A stretch of 61,111 nt of DNA from Chloroflexota bacterium (lineage in GTDB: Bacteria; Chloroflexota; Limnocylindria; Limnocylindrales; CSP1-4), in contig JACDFU010000001.1 of assembly GCA_013815585.1 (NCBI GenBank), positions 1-61,111 of the forward strand, given 5' to 3'. This document shows positions 15,842 to 24,581 of the stretch, piece by piece. Each line of letters begins with the position of its first letter. The stretch's first letter is position 1. The notes under the pieces are model-generated. The model searched no databases. It was not told the origin of the DNA and saw nothing but the letters and a program-made list of their open reading frames with translations. The translations under genes were made by a program, and so were the position numbers.

Positions 15842-16044
15842 AAGGGATCGGGATCGGACTCATTCGGCTCTACCGCGTGCTGTTCGCGTGGTTGCCGTCC
15901 TCCTGCCGATACGAGCCGTCATGCTCCCGCTACACGGAGCAGGCGATCGACCGCTACGGCCTGCTGCGTGGCAGCCTGATGGGCGCGCGGCGGATCACGC
16001 GGTGCCATCCCTGGAGCCCCGGGGGATATGACCCAGTTCGCTGA
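15838..16044 (+). CDS. yidD: Membrane protein insertion efficiency factor YidD
   Basis: Motifs are [30 protein letters not shown] and [16 protein letters not shown]. The start overlaps the rnpA stop. Confidence 0.9.
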   Translation: MKGIGIGLIRLYRVLFAWLPSSCRYEPSCSRYTEQAIDRYGLLRGSLMGARRITRCHPWSPGGYDPVR

Positions 16045-17296
16045 GGTGGTGGCAGGGCTTCGCAGGCAGGGCCCTGCCCTGGCCCTCGCCGGGCTCCTGC
16101 TCGTGGTGTTGGCGTTCGCCGGGTCGCCCGTGGCCCTCGCCGGTGAGCCCAGCGCCTCACCGGCCGCAAGCGCCTCACCGGCGACAGGTTCGAGCGACAC
16201 GTCCGGTGCCCCGCCCTGTCCCAATCCCGTCCCTGGGCCCGCCCCGGCTGCTGTGCCCGGGCAGACGCCGGCGCCCACCCCAGCACCGAACCTGTGCCCG
16301 GCCCAGCCAAATGGCGCGGATCCCACCAGCCTCATCTCGTTCCTGTTCACGCCGATCTTCCAGGGCCTCTTCCTGGGCCTCGTCGTGGCCTACAACCTCC
16401 TCGGCGACATCGGCCTAGCCATCGTCGCCCTGACGATCGTGATCCGGATCCTGCTCGTGCCGGTCTTCCGCGCCCAGATCCTCTCCCAGCGACGCATGCA
16501 GCTCCTGCAGCCGGAGATCAAGGCGATCCAGACCAAGTACAAGGGAGATCGCGCGAGGATCAGCCAGGAGCAGATGAACCTATACAAGGAGCGGAACGTC
16601 AATCCCGCTTCCGGTTGTCTGCCCGGCCTCATGACGCTCGTCCTGCTGATCCCGATGTACTCGGTGTTCAGCTCAGGCCTCACCGCTCCTGACATCAGCT
16701 CAATGCTGAACGTGTTCGGCTCCGAGGTGATCACCGTTCAGTGCCTGGATCCCGCCAACCCGCTGCAGCCGTGCATCGATCCTACTGTCCGCTGGCTCGG
16801 AAACCTGAACGCGAGCAAGCCGGAGATCCTGTTCCTGATCCCCGGGACGACCTTCGGCCTGAGCCTCCTGGCACTTATCTCGGCGCTGCTGCAGCTGGTC
16901 CAGACGCGAATGATGATGCCGAGCACGAGCGATCCCCAGGCGCAAGCCCAGCAGCGCGTGTTTCTCATCCTGCCCCTGTTCTCCCTGTTCTATGGGACGT
17001 TTCTGCCGGCAGGTCTCTTCATCTACTGGATCGTCACCACGATCTTCTCGATCGTTCAGCAGTACCTCATCGCGGGCTGGGGATCGCTCTTCCCGCTGTT
17101 CGGTTACACGCCCGCGTTCGCGCGGAACCACACGCCCCGCTTTGCACTGCCGCCGGTCGCCCCGCCGCCATCGCGTAACGGCGACGGGGAGAGCGAACCA
17201 CCACCCACCCGTCGCAGCCCGACGGATCGGGCGGCGGGGACCGTCCGCCCGGCTCGGAGTCGGGGTCGCACCAGCCGCCGAGGGAGACGTCGATGA
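16028..17296 (+). CDS. yidC: YidC/Oxa1 family membrane protein insertase
   Basis: The signal/TM region is followed by a Pro/Ala/Ser/Thr-rich spacer and then the conserved core ([69 protein letters not shown]). The C-terminal tail is basic. Confidence 0.9.
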   Translation: MTQFAEVVAGLRRQGPALALAGLLLVVLAFAGSPVALAGEPSASPAASASPATGSSDTSGAPPCPNPVPGPAPAAVPGQTPAPTPAPNLCPAQPNGADPTSLISFLFTPIFQGLFLGLVVAYNLLGDIGLAIVALTIVIRILLVPVFRAQILSQRRMQLLQPEIKAIQTKYKGDRARISQEQMNLYKERNVNPASGCLPGLMTLVLLIPMYSVFSSGLTAPDISSMLNVFGSEVITVQCLDPANPLQPCIDPTVRWLGNLNASKPEILFLIPGTTFGLSLLALISALLQLVQTRMMMPSTSDPQAQAQQRVFLILPLFSLFYGTFLPAGLFIYWIVTTIFSIVQQYLIAGWGSLFPLFGYTPAFARNHTPRFALPPVAPPPSRNGDGESEPPPTRRSPTDRAAGTVRPARSRGRTSRRGRRR

Positions 17297-18408
17297 GCGA
17301 GTACCAGGAGTTCACGGGCAAAACCGTCGAGGAGGCCCTTCGCAACGCGCGAGAGTCATTCGCCGTCGGAGGGCTCGACGATCTCGATTTCGAGATCCTC
17401 ACGCCGGGCAGCCGAGGGGTGTTGGGCATGGGCGCCGAGCCAGCCCGGATCGTCGCCGCACCGCGCGCCGCACTCGGAGGCGCCGCCCCACGCCGGGAGG
17501 CAGCTGCCACGGTTCCGTTGCCTGCACCGCCGCCGCGTCCCGAGCGTGACCGGGTTGGCTTCCAGGATCGAGATCGCGGGGACCGGGGAGATCGCGGAGG
17601 AAGGGCTGATCGTGGAGGGTTCCGTGCGCGGGACCGAGGCGATCGCGGCGGAGAGCGGGGCGACCGAGGGCGCGGTCGCAGCGCGGAGGCCCCATCCAGG
17701 CCGCTGCGAGAGGAGGCTGCTGCCGGGGCGGAAGCGACACCAGGCGCGGCAGGGGATACACGAGCGGCCACGGGTGGGGAAGGCCGCCCGCCGACCGAAG
17801 CGTCGCCATCGGCCGACGCGCCCGGCCAGGGCCGGACGACCCCGGCGACGGCTCTGTCGAGCGCCGAGGAAATGGAGGTGACGGCGGCTGCCCGGGCTCC
17901 ACTCGCCGTGGAGCGGGAGGAGGTCCAGGCAGCCGAGGCCAGTCCCGAGGTGCTCGCAGCCGGCCAGGAGATCCTTCAGACGCTCATGCAGCACATGGGC
18001 TTCGCGGTCACCGTCGAGGTGCAGACCGGTGATACCTCGAAGCTGGACGTTCGCGCCGGCGAAGCTGAGCGCGACGCGCTCGGAGCGCTGATCGGGCGCA
18101 AGGGCGAGCGCCTCTCAGCGCTTCAGCACCTGGTCAACCTGATGCTGTCGCGCCGGATGGGAACCTGGACCCGCGTTCTGGTGGACGTGGAGGACTACCG
18201 GGGTCGTCGGGAGCGACAGCTGCGCGACCTCGCGCGACGTGCCGCCGATCGAGTCCAGGAGACCGGCAAGATGCTCCAGCTGGAGCCCATGCCGGCCCTC
18301 GAGCGCCGCTGGGTCCACCTGTCGCTGCGCGACATCGAGGGTGTCGCGACCCAATCGATCGGTGAGGAGCCAAATCGCCGCGTCGTCGTCCTTCCCCGGG
18401 AAGGCTGA
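17293..18408 (+). CDS. jag: Jag/KhpB-type RNA-binding protein (Jag_N + KH + R3H) with a long low-complexity insert
   Basis: The N-terminus is [21 protein letters not shown] (Jag_N). The C-terminal KH/R3H part includes GALIGRKGERLSALQHLVNL and LEPMPALERRWVHL. The start forms an ATGA overlap with the yidC stop. Confidence 0.85.
   Translation: MSEYQEFTGKTVEEALRNARESFAVGGLDDLDFEILTPGSRGVLGMGAEPARIVAAPRAALGGAAPRREAAATVPLPAPPPRPERDRVGFQDRDRGDRGDRGGRADRGGFRARDRGDRGGERGDRGRGRSAEAPSRPLREEAAAGAEATPGAAGDTRAATGGEGRPPTEASPSADAPGQGRTTPATALSSAEEMEVTAAARAPLAVEREEVQAAEASPEVLAAGQEILQTLMQHMGFAVTVEVQTGDTSKLDVRAGEAERDALGALIGRKGERLSALQHLVNLMLSRRMGTWTRVLVDVEDYRGRRERQLRDLARRAADRVQETGKMLQLEPMPALERRWVHLSLRDIEGVATQSIGEEPNRRVVVLPREG
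17542..17682 (+). repeat. Imperfect coding repeat giving an Arg/Gly/Asp-rich (RGG-like) tract inside jag
   Basis: It translates to ERDRVGFQDRDRGDRGDRGGRADRGGFRARDRGDRGGERGDRGRGRS. The underlying DNA shows reiterated GAYCGNGGN-type units. Confidence 0.6.
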
Positions 18409-18473
18409 CGGCCAGAACCACGTCATTCGTCCTATCGAAGGCCGCTACGAACCGCTGCTAGGATTGCCCTACC

Positions 18474-20303
18474 GTGACAACCCGGACTGACCTTTATCCG
18501 CCCGCTGGGGCGATCGTCGAGCTGCGGAGCAAGCGTGGCTCAGCATGGGGCTGGGCGCTGTTCGGTTTCGCCATCACGATCGCGGCCGCCCTGCTCTTCA
18601 TGCTTGCCTTCGCCCTGGGCCTCGCCCGCGCGCATGACGGGCGGTTCATGCCGGGCGTCGCCGTGGCCGGCGTTTCGGTGGCTGGCCTCGATCGAGGTCA
18701 GGCCGAGACGCTCATCCGGGAGGAGCTGCCCGCGCTGTCGAGCGGGCGCATCTCGCTCGCCGTCGAGGACTCACGGACGACCGTTCCCTATGCCCAGCTG
18801 GCTCGGGACTACGACATGGACTCGATGCTCGACGCGGCCTATGCGTTCGGCCGCGGGGGGAATGACGTGGCCCAGACCCTCGACCAGCTCCGCGGGCTGC
18901 TCTACGGCGCCAGCGTCGGCACGGCTGTCCGATATGAACCGGCTGCCGTCGACGGCGTGGTCGCGGATGTGGCGGCGCGTTATGACCGCGATCCGCGCGA
19001 CGCGACCATGGCCCTGAACGCAGACGGCCGATCCTTTGCTGCAGCGGCCGGAATGGAAGGGCGGCGGGTCGATCAGGCCGCCCTGCGGCGGGCCATCGTC
19101 CAGGTGGTCGACACGACCGACCCGGCCGACGCATCCGTCCAGCTTCGGGCCCAGCCAATCGAGCCCGCCATAACGACGGCCGAGGCCGAGGCTGCGGTCG
19201 CGGAGGCCAAGACGCTGACGGCGCGCCCGCTCACGCTCAAGGCTGAGGACGACAAGCTCACGATCGATCGAGAGACGCTGCGACGCTGGATCCTCTTCGA
19301 CGTGGAGCCGGAGGGATCCGTGCGACCGGTTTTCGTCACCTCGCGCGTCCGCACGGCGCTCGAGGGTCTCGCGCCACAGGTCGAGCGGGCGGCCCGCAAC
19401 GCCAGCTTCCGCTTCGGCGGCAACGCGGTGAGTGCTGTCGTCCCCGCGGTCAACGGCCGCAGCCTCGAGATCGAAGGATCGGTCGAGGCCGTCACGGCGG
19501 CCTTCAAGACGCCCAAGGCTGAACCCGCCATCGAGCTCGCGCTCACCTCGGTCGCCCCCTCGCTGACGACGGCGGAGGCGGAGGCCGCCGCCCCGAAGAT
19601 GCGCCAGATCTCGACCTGGACGACCCGCTACACGCCCAGCGAGAAAAACTTCTTCGGCAAGAACATCAGTATTCCTACCTCCGTCATCGACGGCTACGTC
19701 GTGGGGGCGGGCGAATGGTTCAGCTTCTGGGAAGCCGTGGGTGACGTGAGCGTGAACGCCGGCTACGGGGCTGGCGGCGCGATCATCAACGGGCGTACCG
19801 AGCCCACGGGAGCCCTGGCCGGGGGCATCTGCTCCTGCTCGACCACGCTCTTCAATGCCGCGGCACGGGCCGGCCTGGAGATGGGCGCCCGGCGCAACCA
19901 CTACTACTACATCGACCGTTATCCGGTTGGCCTCGACGCGACCGTGTTCAAGAGCGACTCATCGGTCCAGGACATGACCTTCCGCAACGACACCGAGTTT
20001 CCGATCCTCATCCGCGGCATCAACGGCTCGGGCACGGTGCGCTTCGACATCTACGGCGTCGACACCGGACGTACGGTCTCGTTCTCGGAGCCCGTGGTCC
20101 GCAACTACCGCAACGCGACCGATTCGGTCGAGTACACGAGCGCACTTCCGGCGGGCAGCAGCAAGCGCGTGGAATACCCGGTCAACGGCTTCGAGTCGAC
20201 GGTCGTGCGAACCGTGCGCAACGCGAGCGGCGCCGTCATCCATCAGGACACGTACTACTCGAACTACGCGGTCATCACCGGCATCGTCCAGGTCGGCCGC
20301 TAA
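18474..20303 (+). CDS. VanW/YoaR family protein with an N-terminal TM anchor
   Basis: The TM helix is WALFGFAITIAAALLFMLAFALGL. The C-terminal VanW core is GGICSCSTTLFNAAARAGLEMGARRNHYYYIDRYPVGLDATV. Confidence 0.85.
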   Translation: MTTRTDLYPPAGAIVELRSKRGSAWGWALFGFAITIAAALLFMLAFALGLARAHDGRFMPGVAVAGVSVAGLDRGQAETLIREELPALSSGRISLAVEDSRTTVPYAQLARDYDMDSMLDAAYAFGRGGNDVAQTLDQLRGLLYGASVGTAVRYEPAAVDGVVADVAARYDRDPRDATMALNADGRSFAAAAGMEGRRVDQAALRRAIVQVVDTTDPADASVQLRAQPIEPAITTAEAEAAVAEAKTLTARPLTLKAEDDKLTIDRETLRRWILFDVEPEGSVRPVFVTSRVRTALEGLAPQVERAARNASFRFGGNAVSAVVPAVNGRSLEIEGSVEAVTAAFKTPKAEPAIELALTSVAPSLTTAEAEAAAPKMRQISTWTTRYTPSEKNFFGKNISIPTSVIDGYVVGAGEWFSFWEAVGDVSVNAGYGAGGAIINGRTEPTGALAGGICSCSTTLFNAAARAGLEMGARRNHYYYIDRYPVGLDATVFKSDSSVQDMTFRNDTEFPILIRGINGSGTVRFDIYGVDTGRTVSFSEPVVRNYRNATDSVEYTSALPAGSSKRVEYPVNGFESTVVRTVRNASGAVIHQDTYYSNYAVITGIVQVGR

Positions 20304-20411
20304 GTCACCGATCTCTCGCCACCGCCCGCATCGGTCCTCGCCCGCTTCGGGGTCTCAGGCTCTGTATCCCGGCTCCCCAGTGGTCGGGGACGGGCCTGGC
20401 TGGCTGACGGG

Positions 20412-21209
20412 GTGGTCCTCAAACCAGCCGAGCTGCTTCCCGAAGAACACCGTTGGCAGGCAGCGTTGTTCGACGCCCTTCCAGAAGCCGGCTTTCGGGT
20501 AGCGCGTCCTCGTCGTGGGCATGACGGCGCCGTCACGATCGATGGGTGGTGCGCCTGGGGGTGGCTGGCCGGGCGGCACGAGCCGCTGTGGAGGGACATC
20601 ATCACGGTGGGTGAGCGATTCCATGACGCCCTTCAGACGATTCCACGGCCGGCATTCCTCGACGAGCGTCGAGACCCCTGGGCGGTGGGTGATCGAGTTG
20701 CCTGGGGCGAGCTCCCGCTCGCGAGCCTGTTGCAGAAGGTCGCGCCGTTCGAGCTCGGCGCTCTGGCTCACCTCGATCGGCTGATGGCCGCCTTGCGACC
20801 GGTCGAGGCGCGGAGCCAGCTGGTCCATGGCGATCTGGGCGGCAACGTCCTCTTCGAGCCCGGTCTTCCGCCCGCCATCATCGATTTCTCGCCATATTGG
20901 CGTCCGCAAGCGTTCGCGGCGGCCGTCGTGATCGCGGACGCGCTGACCTGGGAGGGCGCCGACATCTCGATCCTCGGCGGCATCTCACGCCTCACCGAGT
21001 TTCCGCAATACCTGTTTCGCGCCCTCATCCACCGGATCGTCACCGAGCAGATGCTCCGGCCGACCCATCGGATCGAGCCCACCGACGGAGATCCGTACCG
21101 GCCGGTCGTGGACCTGGCCTGTTCGCTGGGCGACAGTTGGACCAAGGATCGTGGCCCGATGTCGTCAGGAAACGCAAACGCGGCGACCCCTGAGGATCGC
21201 CGCGTGTGA
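20412..21209 (+). CDS. Aminoglycoside-phosphotransferase/kinase-fold protein (possibly TIGR02569-like); true N-terminus probably upstream
   Basis: It carries the catalytic-loop-like motif LVHGDLGGNVLF and IIDFSPYW. The first canonical start (GTG 20412) falls inside what reads like the N-lobe (see finding at 20301). The family name is recalled from memory and was not searched. Confidence 0.6.
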   Translation: MVLKPAELLPEEHRWQAALFDALPEAGFRVARPRRGHDGAVTIDGWCAWGWLAGRHEPLWRDIITVGERFHDALQTIPRPAFLDERRDPWAVGDRVAWGELPLASLLQKVAPFELGALAHLDRLMAALRPVEARSQLVHGDLGGNVLFEPGLPPAIIDFSPYWRPQAFAAAVVIADALTWEGADISILGGISRLTEFPQYLFRALIHRIVTEQMLRPTHRIEPTDGDPYRPVVDLACSLGDSWTKDRGPMSSGNANAATPEDRRV

Positions 21210-21216
21210 TGAGTGC

Positions 21217-21588
21217 TGGTGGAGATGGGGGAGGGTCGAACTCCCCGTCCAGAACCATCAGCCAGGGACCACTACGAGCGTATCCGATGCTTTGTCGTCG
21301 ACCGCCCAGGCTGCCATCGGCAGCATCCCGATCGGTCCAGTCGCGTCCCCTTGCGGGCTTTGGCTCCGGTTACGCGACGCTCGCCGGAGCCGCATCCCCG
21401 CTGAATGACGCTTCCACAGCCCGCGGGGACGAGGCTGCTTCCACGCTCACACTACCGCCTTAGGCGGCGAGGGCGAGAGATTCCTGGCGGTTGCCAGTTA
21501 CTTCGTTTTGCCGCCGGTTTAACGAGGCCTGACGGCACCTCGGCTCGCGTTCCCTGGGGATCCGGCCCTGTCGAAACCACACATCCCC
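21217..21588 (-). ncRNA. ssrA: tmRNA (SsrA)
   Basis: The minus strand starts GGGGATGTGTGGTTTCGACAGGG at 21588 and ends GGACGGGGAGTTCGACCCTCCCCCATCTCCACCA at 21217. The acceptor stem is GGGGATG/CATCTCC with the G3:U pair. The T-arm is GGGAG-TTCGACC-CTCCC, followed by a CCA end. The tag frame reads GGC AAC CGC CAG GAA TCT CTC GCC CTC GCC GCC TAA (stop at 21462..21460), giving ...GNRQESLALAA. smpB lies nearby. Confidence 0.9.
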
Positions 21589-21616
21589 TGGGTCCGATCT
21601 CTCGACCGGACGCGAG

Positions 21617-21646
21617 AGTGTACCAGACTGAACGTGCGTTCGACAA
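21617..21646 (-). promoter_or_regulatory. Candidate ssrA promoter TTGTCG-N18-TACACT (TGG immediately 5' of the -10)
   Basis: On the minus strand, TTGTCG is at 21646..21641 and TACACT at 21622..21617. The site lies about 30 nt upstream of the mature tmRNA 5' end, consistent with a processed precursor. Confidence 0.4.
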
Positions 21647-21675
21647 GGAGCCTGTTGGCTCCGCGCCAGGCCCAG

Positions 21676-22176
21676 CTAGCGCGTGTTCAACGCATCGGCA
21701 ATCCATCGGCGGGCCAGGCCCTCGAATGGCGCGTACGCACGCCATGCGGAGCGAGCCCACGCCATCACAGCCGCTTCGTGGTTCTCTGGAGCGGCAGAGA
21801 CGTCCGCGATCGTCAGGGTGCCGCGTGCCTGAGGGAGACGCGGTTTGCGGATCAGGGGATTGGTCGAAAGCCAGCGCATGACGGCTGCATTGACTGGGTC
21901 TGCCGCGTGGTGTTCCAGCGCCGCGCAGACGCCGGTCAGGTGCGCGGCGAATGACTTGGCCGAGATGCAGTACGGGTCGGGGTGCTGGAGCGCGTAGACG
22001 TCCACTCGGAGGCGGTGCACGGCGCCGAGGTCAGCATCCGTGTAACTGCGGGCTTGCATCTCCTCGAAGATGGCAAGGCAGCCGGCGGTACCGCCGGTTA
22101 CTGACGCGCCACATCCCTCGCAACGGGCGTCGGGGCCAAGGCCCATCGACGGCCGATCATTCACGATCGGGGGCAC
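21676..22176 (-). CDS. DUF5946-like protein
   Basis: The N-terminal CEGCG...GGTAGC cysteines are followed by VHRLRVDVYALQHPDPYC, which matches my recollection of DUF5946. The start is ambiguous between GTG 22176 and ATG 22146. Confidence 0.55.
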   Translation of the reverse strand: MPPIVNDRPSMGLGPDARCEGCGASVTGGTAGCLAIFEEMQARSYTDADLGAVHRLRVDVYALQHPDPYCISAKSFAAHLTGVCAALEHHAADPVNAAVMRWLSTNPLIRKPRLPQARGTLTIADVSAAPENHEAAVMAWARSAWRAYAPFEGLARRWIADALNTR

Positions 22177-22363
22177 GCGAAACGGGCATTAGATCGCCGG
22201 GGATCAGCGAGAAGAAGACCGCGTCCCTCGGCTCGCCGCGGTGGTCGGTGTAGTTTCGGAGGATCCCCTCGTACCGGAATCCGGCCCGGAGAGCCGTGCG
22301 CTGGGAGGCGTCGTTGCCGGTCAGCGTATAGAGCGCCAGCCGCACCAGCTGAAACTCGCTCAT
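22157..22363 (-). pseudogene. C-terminal remnant of a RimJ/RimL-type GNAT acetyltransferase
   Basis: The 68-aa ORF reads RLALYTLTGNDASQRTALRAGFRYEGILRNYTDHRGEPRDAVFFSLI, which matches only the last third of a GNAT. smpB ends 15 nt upstream, leaving no room for the N-terminal two thirds. Confidence 0.5.
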
Positions 22364-22378
22364 CGCCCAGCGCGAGAG

Positions 22379-22843
22379 TCAGCGCCCGCGGTGGACCTCG
22401 GCGAGGTCGCGCTCCATGGCTCGCCGAGCGTCGCGCTCAGCGATGTCGCGTCGGTGGTCGTGGAGCTGCTTGCCGCGTGCCAGTCCCAGCTCTAGCTTCG
22501 CGTGGCCCCTCCCGGTGATGTACAGGCGAAGAGGCACGATCGTGAGGCCCTTCGCGGCTGCCCTGCCCATCAGCTGGTCGATCTGGGCGCGATGGAGGAG
22601 CAGCTTGCGCGTCCGGCGTGGCTCGTGGTTGTAGCGGTTACCGCCCTCGAAGGGGGCGATGTTCGCGCCGATCAGCCAGGCCTCGCCCTTCTCGACGCGG
22701 GCGTAGGCGTCCTGCAGGTTGGCCTTGCCAGCGCGGATGCTCTTGATCTCCGTGCCGGTCAGCACGATGCCGGCCTCGAACGTGGCCTCGATCGAGAAAT
22801 CGTGGCGGGCCTTGCGGTTGATGGCGATGGTCTGCTCGGGCAC
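22379..22843 (-). CDS. smpB: SsrA-binding protein SmpB
   Basis: Motifs are IAINRKARHDFSIEATFEAGIVLTGTEIKSIRAGKANLQDAYA and KLLLHRAQIDQL. Confidence 0.95.
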   Translation of the reverse strand: MPEQTIAINRKARHDFSIEATFEAGIVLTGTEIKSIRAGKANLQDAYARVEKGEAWLIGANIAPFEGGNRYNHEPRRTRKLLLHRAQIDQLMGRAAAKGLTIVPLRLYITGRGHAKLELGLARGKQLHDHRRDIAERDARRAMERDLAEVHRGR

Positions 22844-22875
22844 CGGTATGCGCTCCTGGCTCCTGAACGCACGAA

Positions 22876-22897
22876 CGCCGGCCCTATCGGGCCGGCG
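22876..22897 (-). terminator. GC-rich hairpin between ctp and smpB (weak intrinsic-terminator candidate)
   Basis: CGCCGGCCC-TATC-GGGCCGGCG forms a perfect 9-bp stem. On the minus strand it is followed by TTCGTGCGTTC, which is only moderately T-rich. Confidence 0.35.
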
Positions 22898-23054
22898 TCA
22901 CGTGTTTGCTCAACCACCACGCGGGCTTTGGTTAGGCCGTTGCCTCCCGCGAGGTGGTGCAGCGCAAATGATCACTCACTGCACATCACCTCCTTTCGAT
23001 CGTCGAGGACGATAACCCAGGCGCGAGCCGGGCGCAAGCAGGACTGCGGTCCCC

Positions 23055-24434
23055 TCAATCGCCCGCCGTGGTCCCATCCGTGAGCAGGCCGACGGCCCGG
23101 TCGAGGACGGGATCCTCGCCCTCGGCCAGATCCTCGGGCACCGTGACCGACACGTCGGGCTCGATGCCCTTCTCGTGGATCCAGGTCTGGTCGGGGGTCA
23201 GCCACTTCGCGATCGAGAGGCGGAAGCCGCCGGTGTCGTTCGAAAGGGTCTGCCACTGCTGGATCGTTCCCTTTCCGAACGTGGTTTCTCCCACGACCGT
23301 GCCGCGATCTGTGTCCTGCAGGGCTCCCGCCACGATCTCGCTCGCGCTGGCCGTGCCGCCGTTCACCAGGACGACGACCTCGATCTCGAGGTCAGTTGCG
23401 ATCCCATCGGCTTCGGCCGTGAACTCCTTCTTCTTCCCGTCCGCGTACTCCTCCCAGAAGATGGGGCCCGAGCTGACGAACTGGCTCGCGATGGTCCGGG
23501 CCGCATCGACGAAGCCGCCAGGGTCGTCGCGTAGGTCGAGTACGAGCTTGTCGATGTCCTGAGCCTCGACGAGCTCGCGCAGCTGGTCCTTGAAGTCGCC
23601 TGCCGCGCTTGAGCTGAAGCCCTGGATCTGGATGTAGCCGACCTCGCCGCCGCCGATCACGCGGCTCGTCACGTCCTCTGTTTCGATCACATCGCGCACG
23701 ATCCGCACGTCAAACGGTGCCGCGTCGTCCCGGCTCAGGGTCAGCGTCACCGGGGTCCCGCGCTTGCCCCGCACCTTGTTGACCGTCTCGTCGAGGGTCT
23801 GTCCAATGACGCTCTGCGCGTCGACCGCCAGGACCTCGTCGTCGGCCTCGAGTCCCGCCTTCTCTGCGGGAGAGTCGGGAAGCGCGCGCACGACAACGAG
23901 ATGGCAGCCGTCGCCGGCGGGGCTGCAGCCGGTCTCTCCGGCATCGTCCCGGCTCGTCATCTCGGCCCCGATCCCCTCGAACTGGCCGGAGATCCCTGAC
24001 AGGGAGTTCTTGTACTCCTCGGAGGTCATATAGGACGAGTAGGGGTCACCAAGCGCCTCGAACATGCCACCGATCGCGCCTTCGACCAGCGCTTTCTGGT
24101 CGACGTCGCCGACGTATTCACGGTCGATCTTGTGGTAGGCGTCCCAGAAGGGCTCGAACGCCTGCTGGAGGCTGTCGCCCGTCCCCGGCGTCGTGCCCTG
24201 CTGGCGGCCCAGCGTGTAACCGGAGACGAACAGGACGGCACCGGCGACCAGGGCGACGACCGCGAGCGACAACGCGATGGGCGCGCCGCTCGGCATCCGG
24301 CGACGGCGGACTGGCGCAACAGGTACGTCCAGGCCCTGGGGGCCGCCACCGATCGGGGCCATCGGGTGGGGGTGAGACGGATCAGGAGCGGCGGACGCGT
24401 CCTCGGCGGGGCCCGGTCGCTGGGGAGAGAGCAT
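23055..24434 (-). CDS. ctp: S41 family C-terminal processing peptidase with PDZ domain
   Basis: An N-terminal TM anchor is followed by a PDZ region (VVVRALPDSPAEKAGLEADDEVLAVD). Catalytic-region motifs are GGTASASEIVAGALQD and TFGKGTIQ. Confidence 0.9.
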   Translation of the reverse strand: MLSPQRPGPAEDASAAPDPSHPHPMAPIGGGPQGLDVPVAPVRRRRMPSGAPIALSLAVVALVAGAVLFVSGYTLGRQQGTTPGTGDSLQQAFEPFWDAYHKIDREYVGDVDQKALVEGAIGGMFEALGDPYSSYMTSEEYKNSLSGISGQFEGIGAEMTSRDDAGETGCSPAGDGCHLVVVRALPDSPAEKAGLEADDEVLAVDAQSVIGQTLDETVNKVRGKRGTPVTLTLSRDDAAPFDVRIVRDVIETEDVTSRVIGGGEVGYIQIQGFSSSAAGDFKDQLRELVEAQDIDKLVLDLRDDPGGFVDAARTIASQFVSSGPIFWEEYADGKKKEFTAEADGIATDLEIEVVVLVNGGTASASEIVAGALQDTDRGTVVGETTFGKGTIQQWQTLSNDTGGFRLSIAKWLTPDQTWIHEKGIEPDVSVTVPEDLAEGEDPVLDRAVGLLTDGTTAGD

Positions 24435-24581
24435 GAAGAAGGGATTTTCCTGCTGGGTTGAGCTTGGGCGGCCAGTCTAGTGGCTTTGCGCCGTCACCCG
24501 AATCTACGTCGGGAAGGCCGGTCCGGGATGGAAGGTTGCCGGATCTTGTCCGAAGGGATATCCGTGCTTGCCTGGCGGTCC

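Noticed and set aside
17542-17682. Short-period DNA repetition that could suggest a tandem repeat or CRISPR-like array.
   Set aside because: The units are 9-nt imperfect repeats inside an open reading frame, encoding an RG-rich tract. There is no repeat-spacer structure.
21405-21881. Protein ORFs 21405..21881 (+) and 21452..21760 (-).
   Set aside because: The region is explained by the tmRNA gene and its promoter. The minus ORF merely reads the tag region in the wrong frame (...RPRRLRR).
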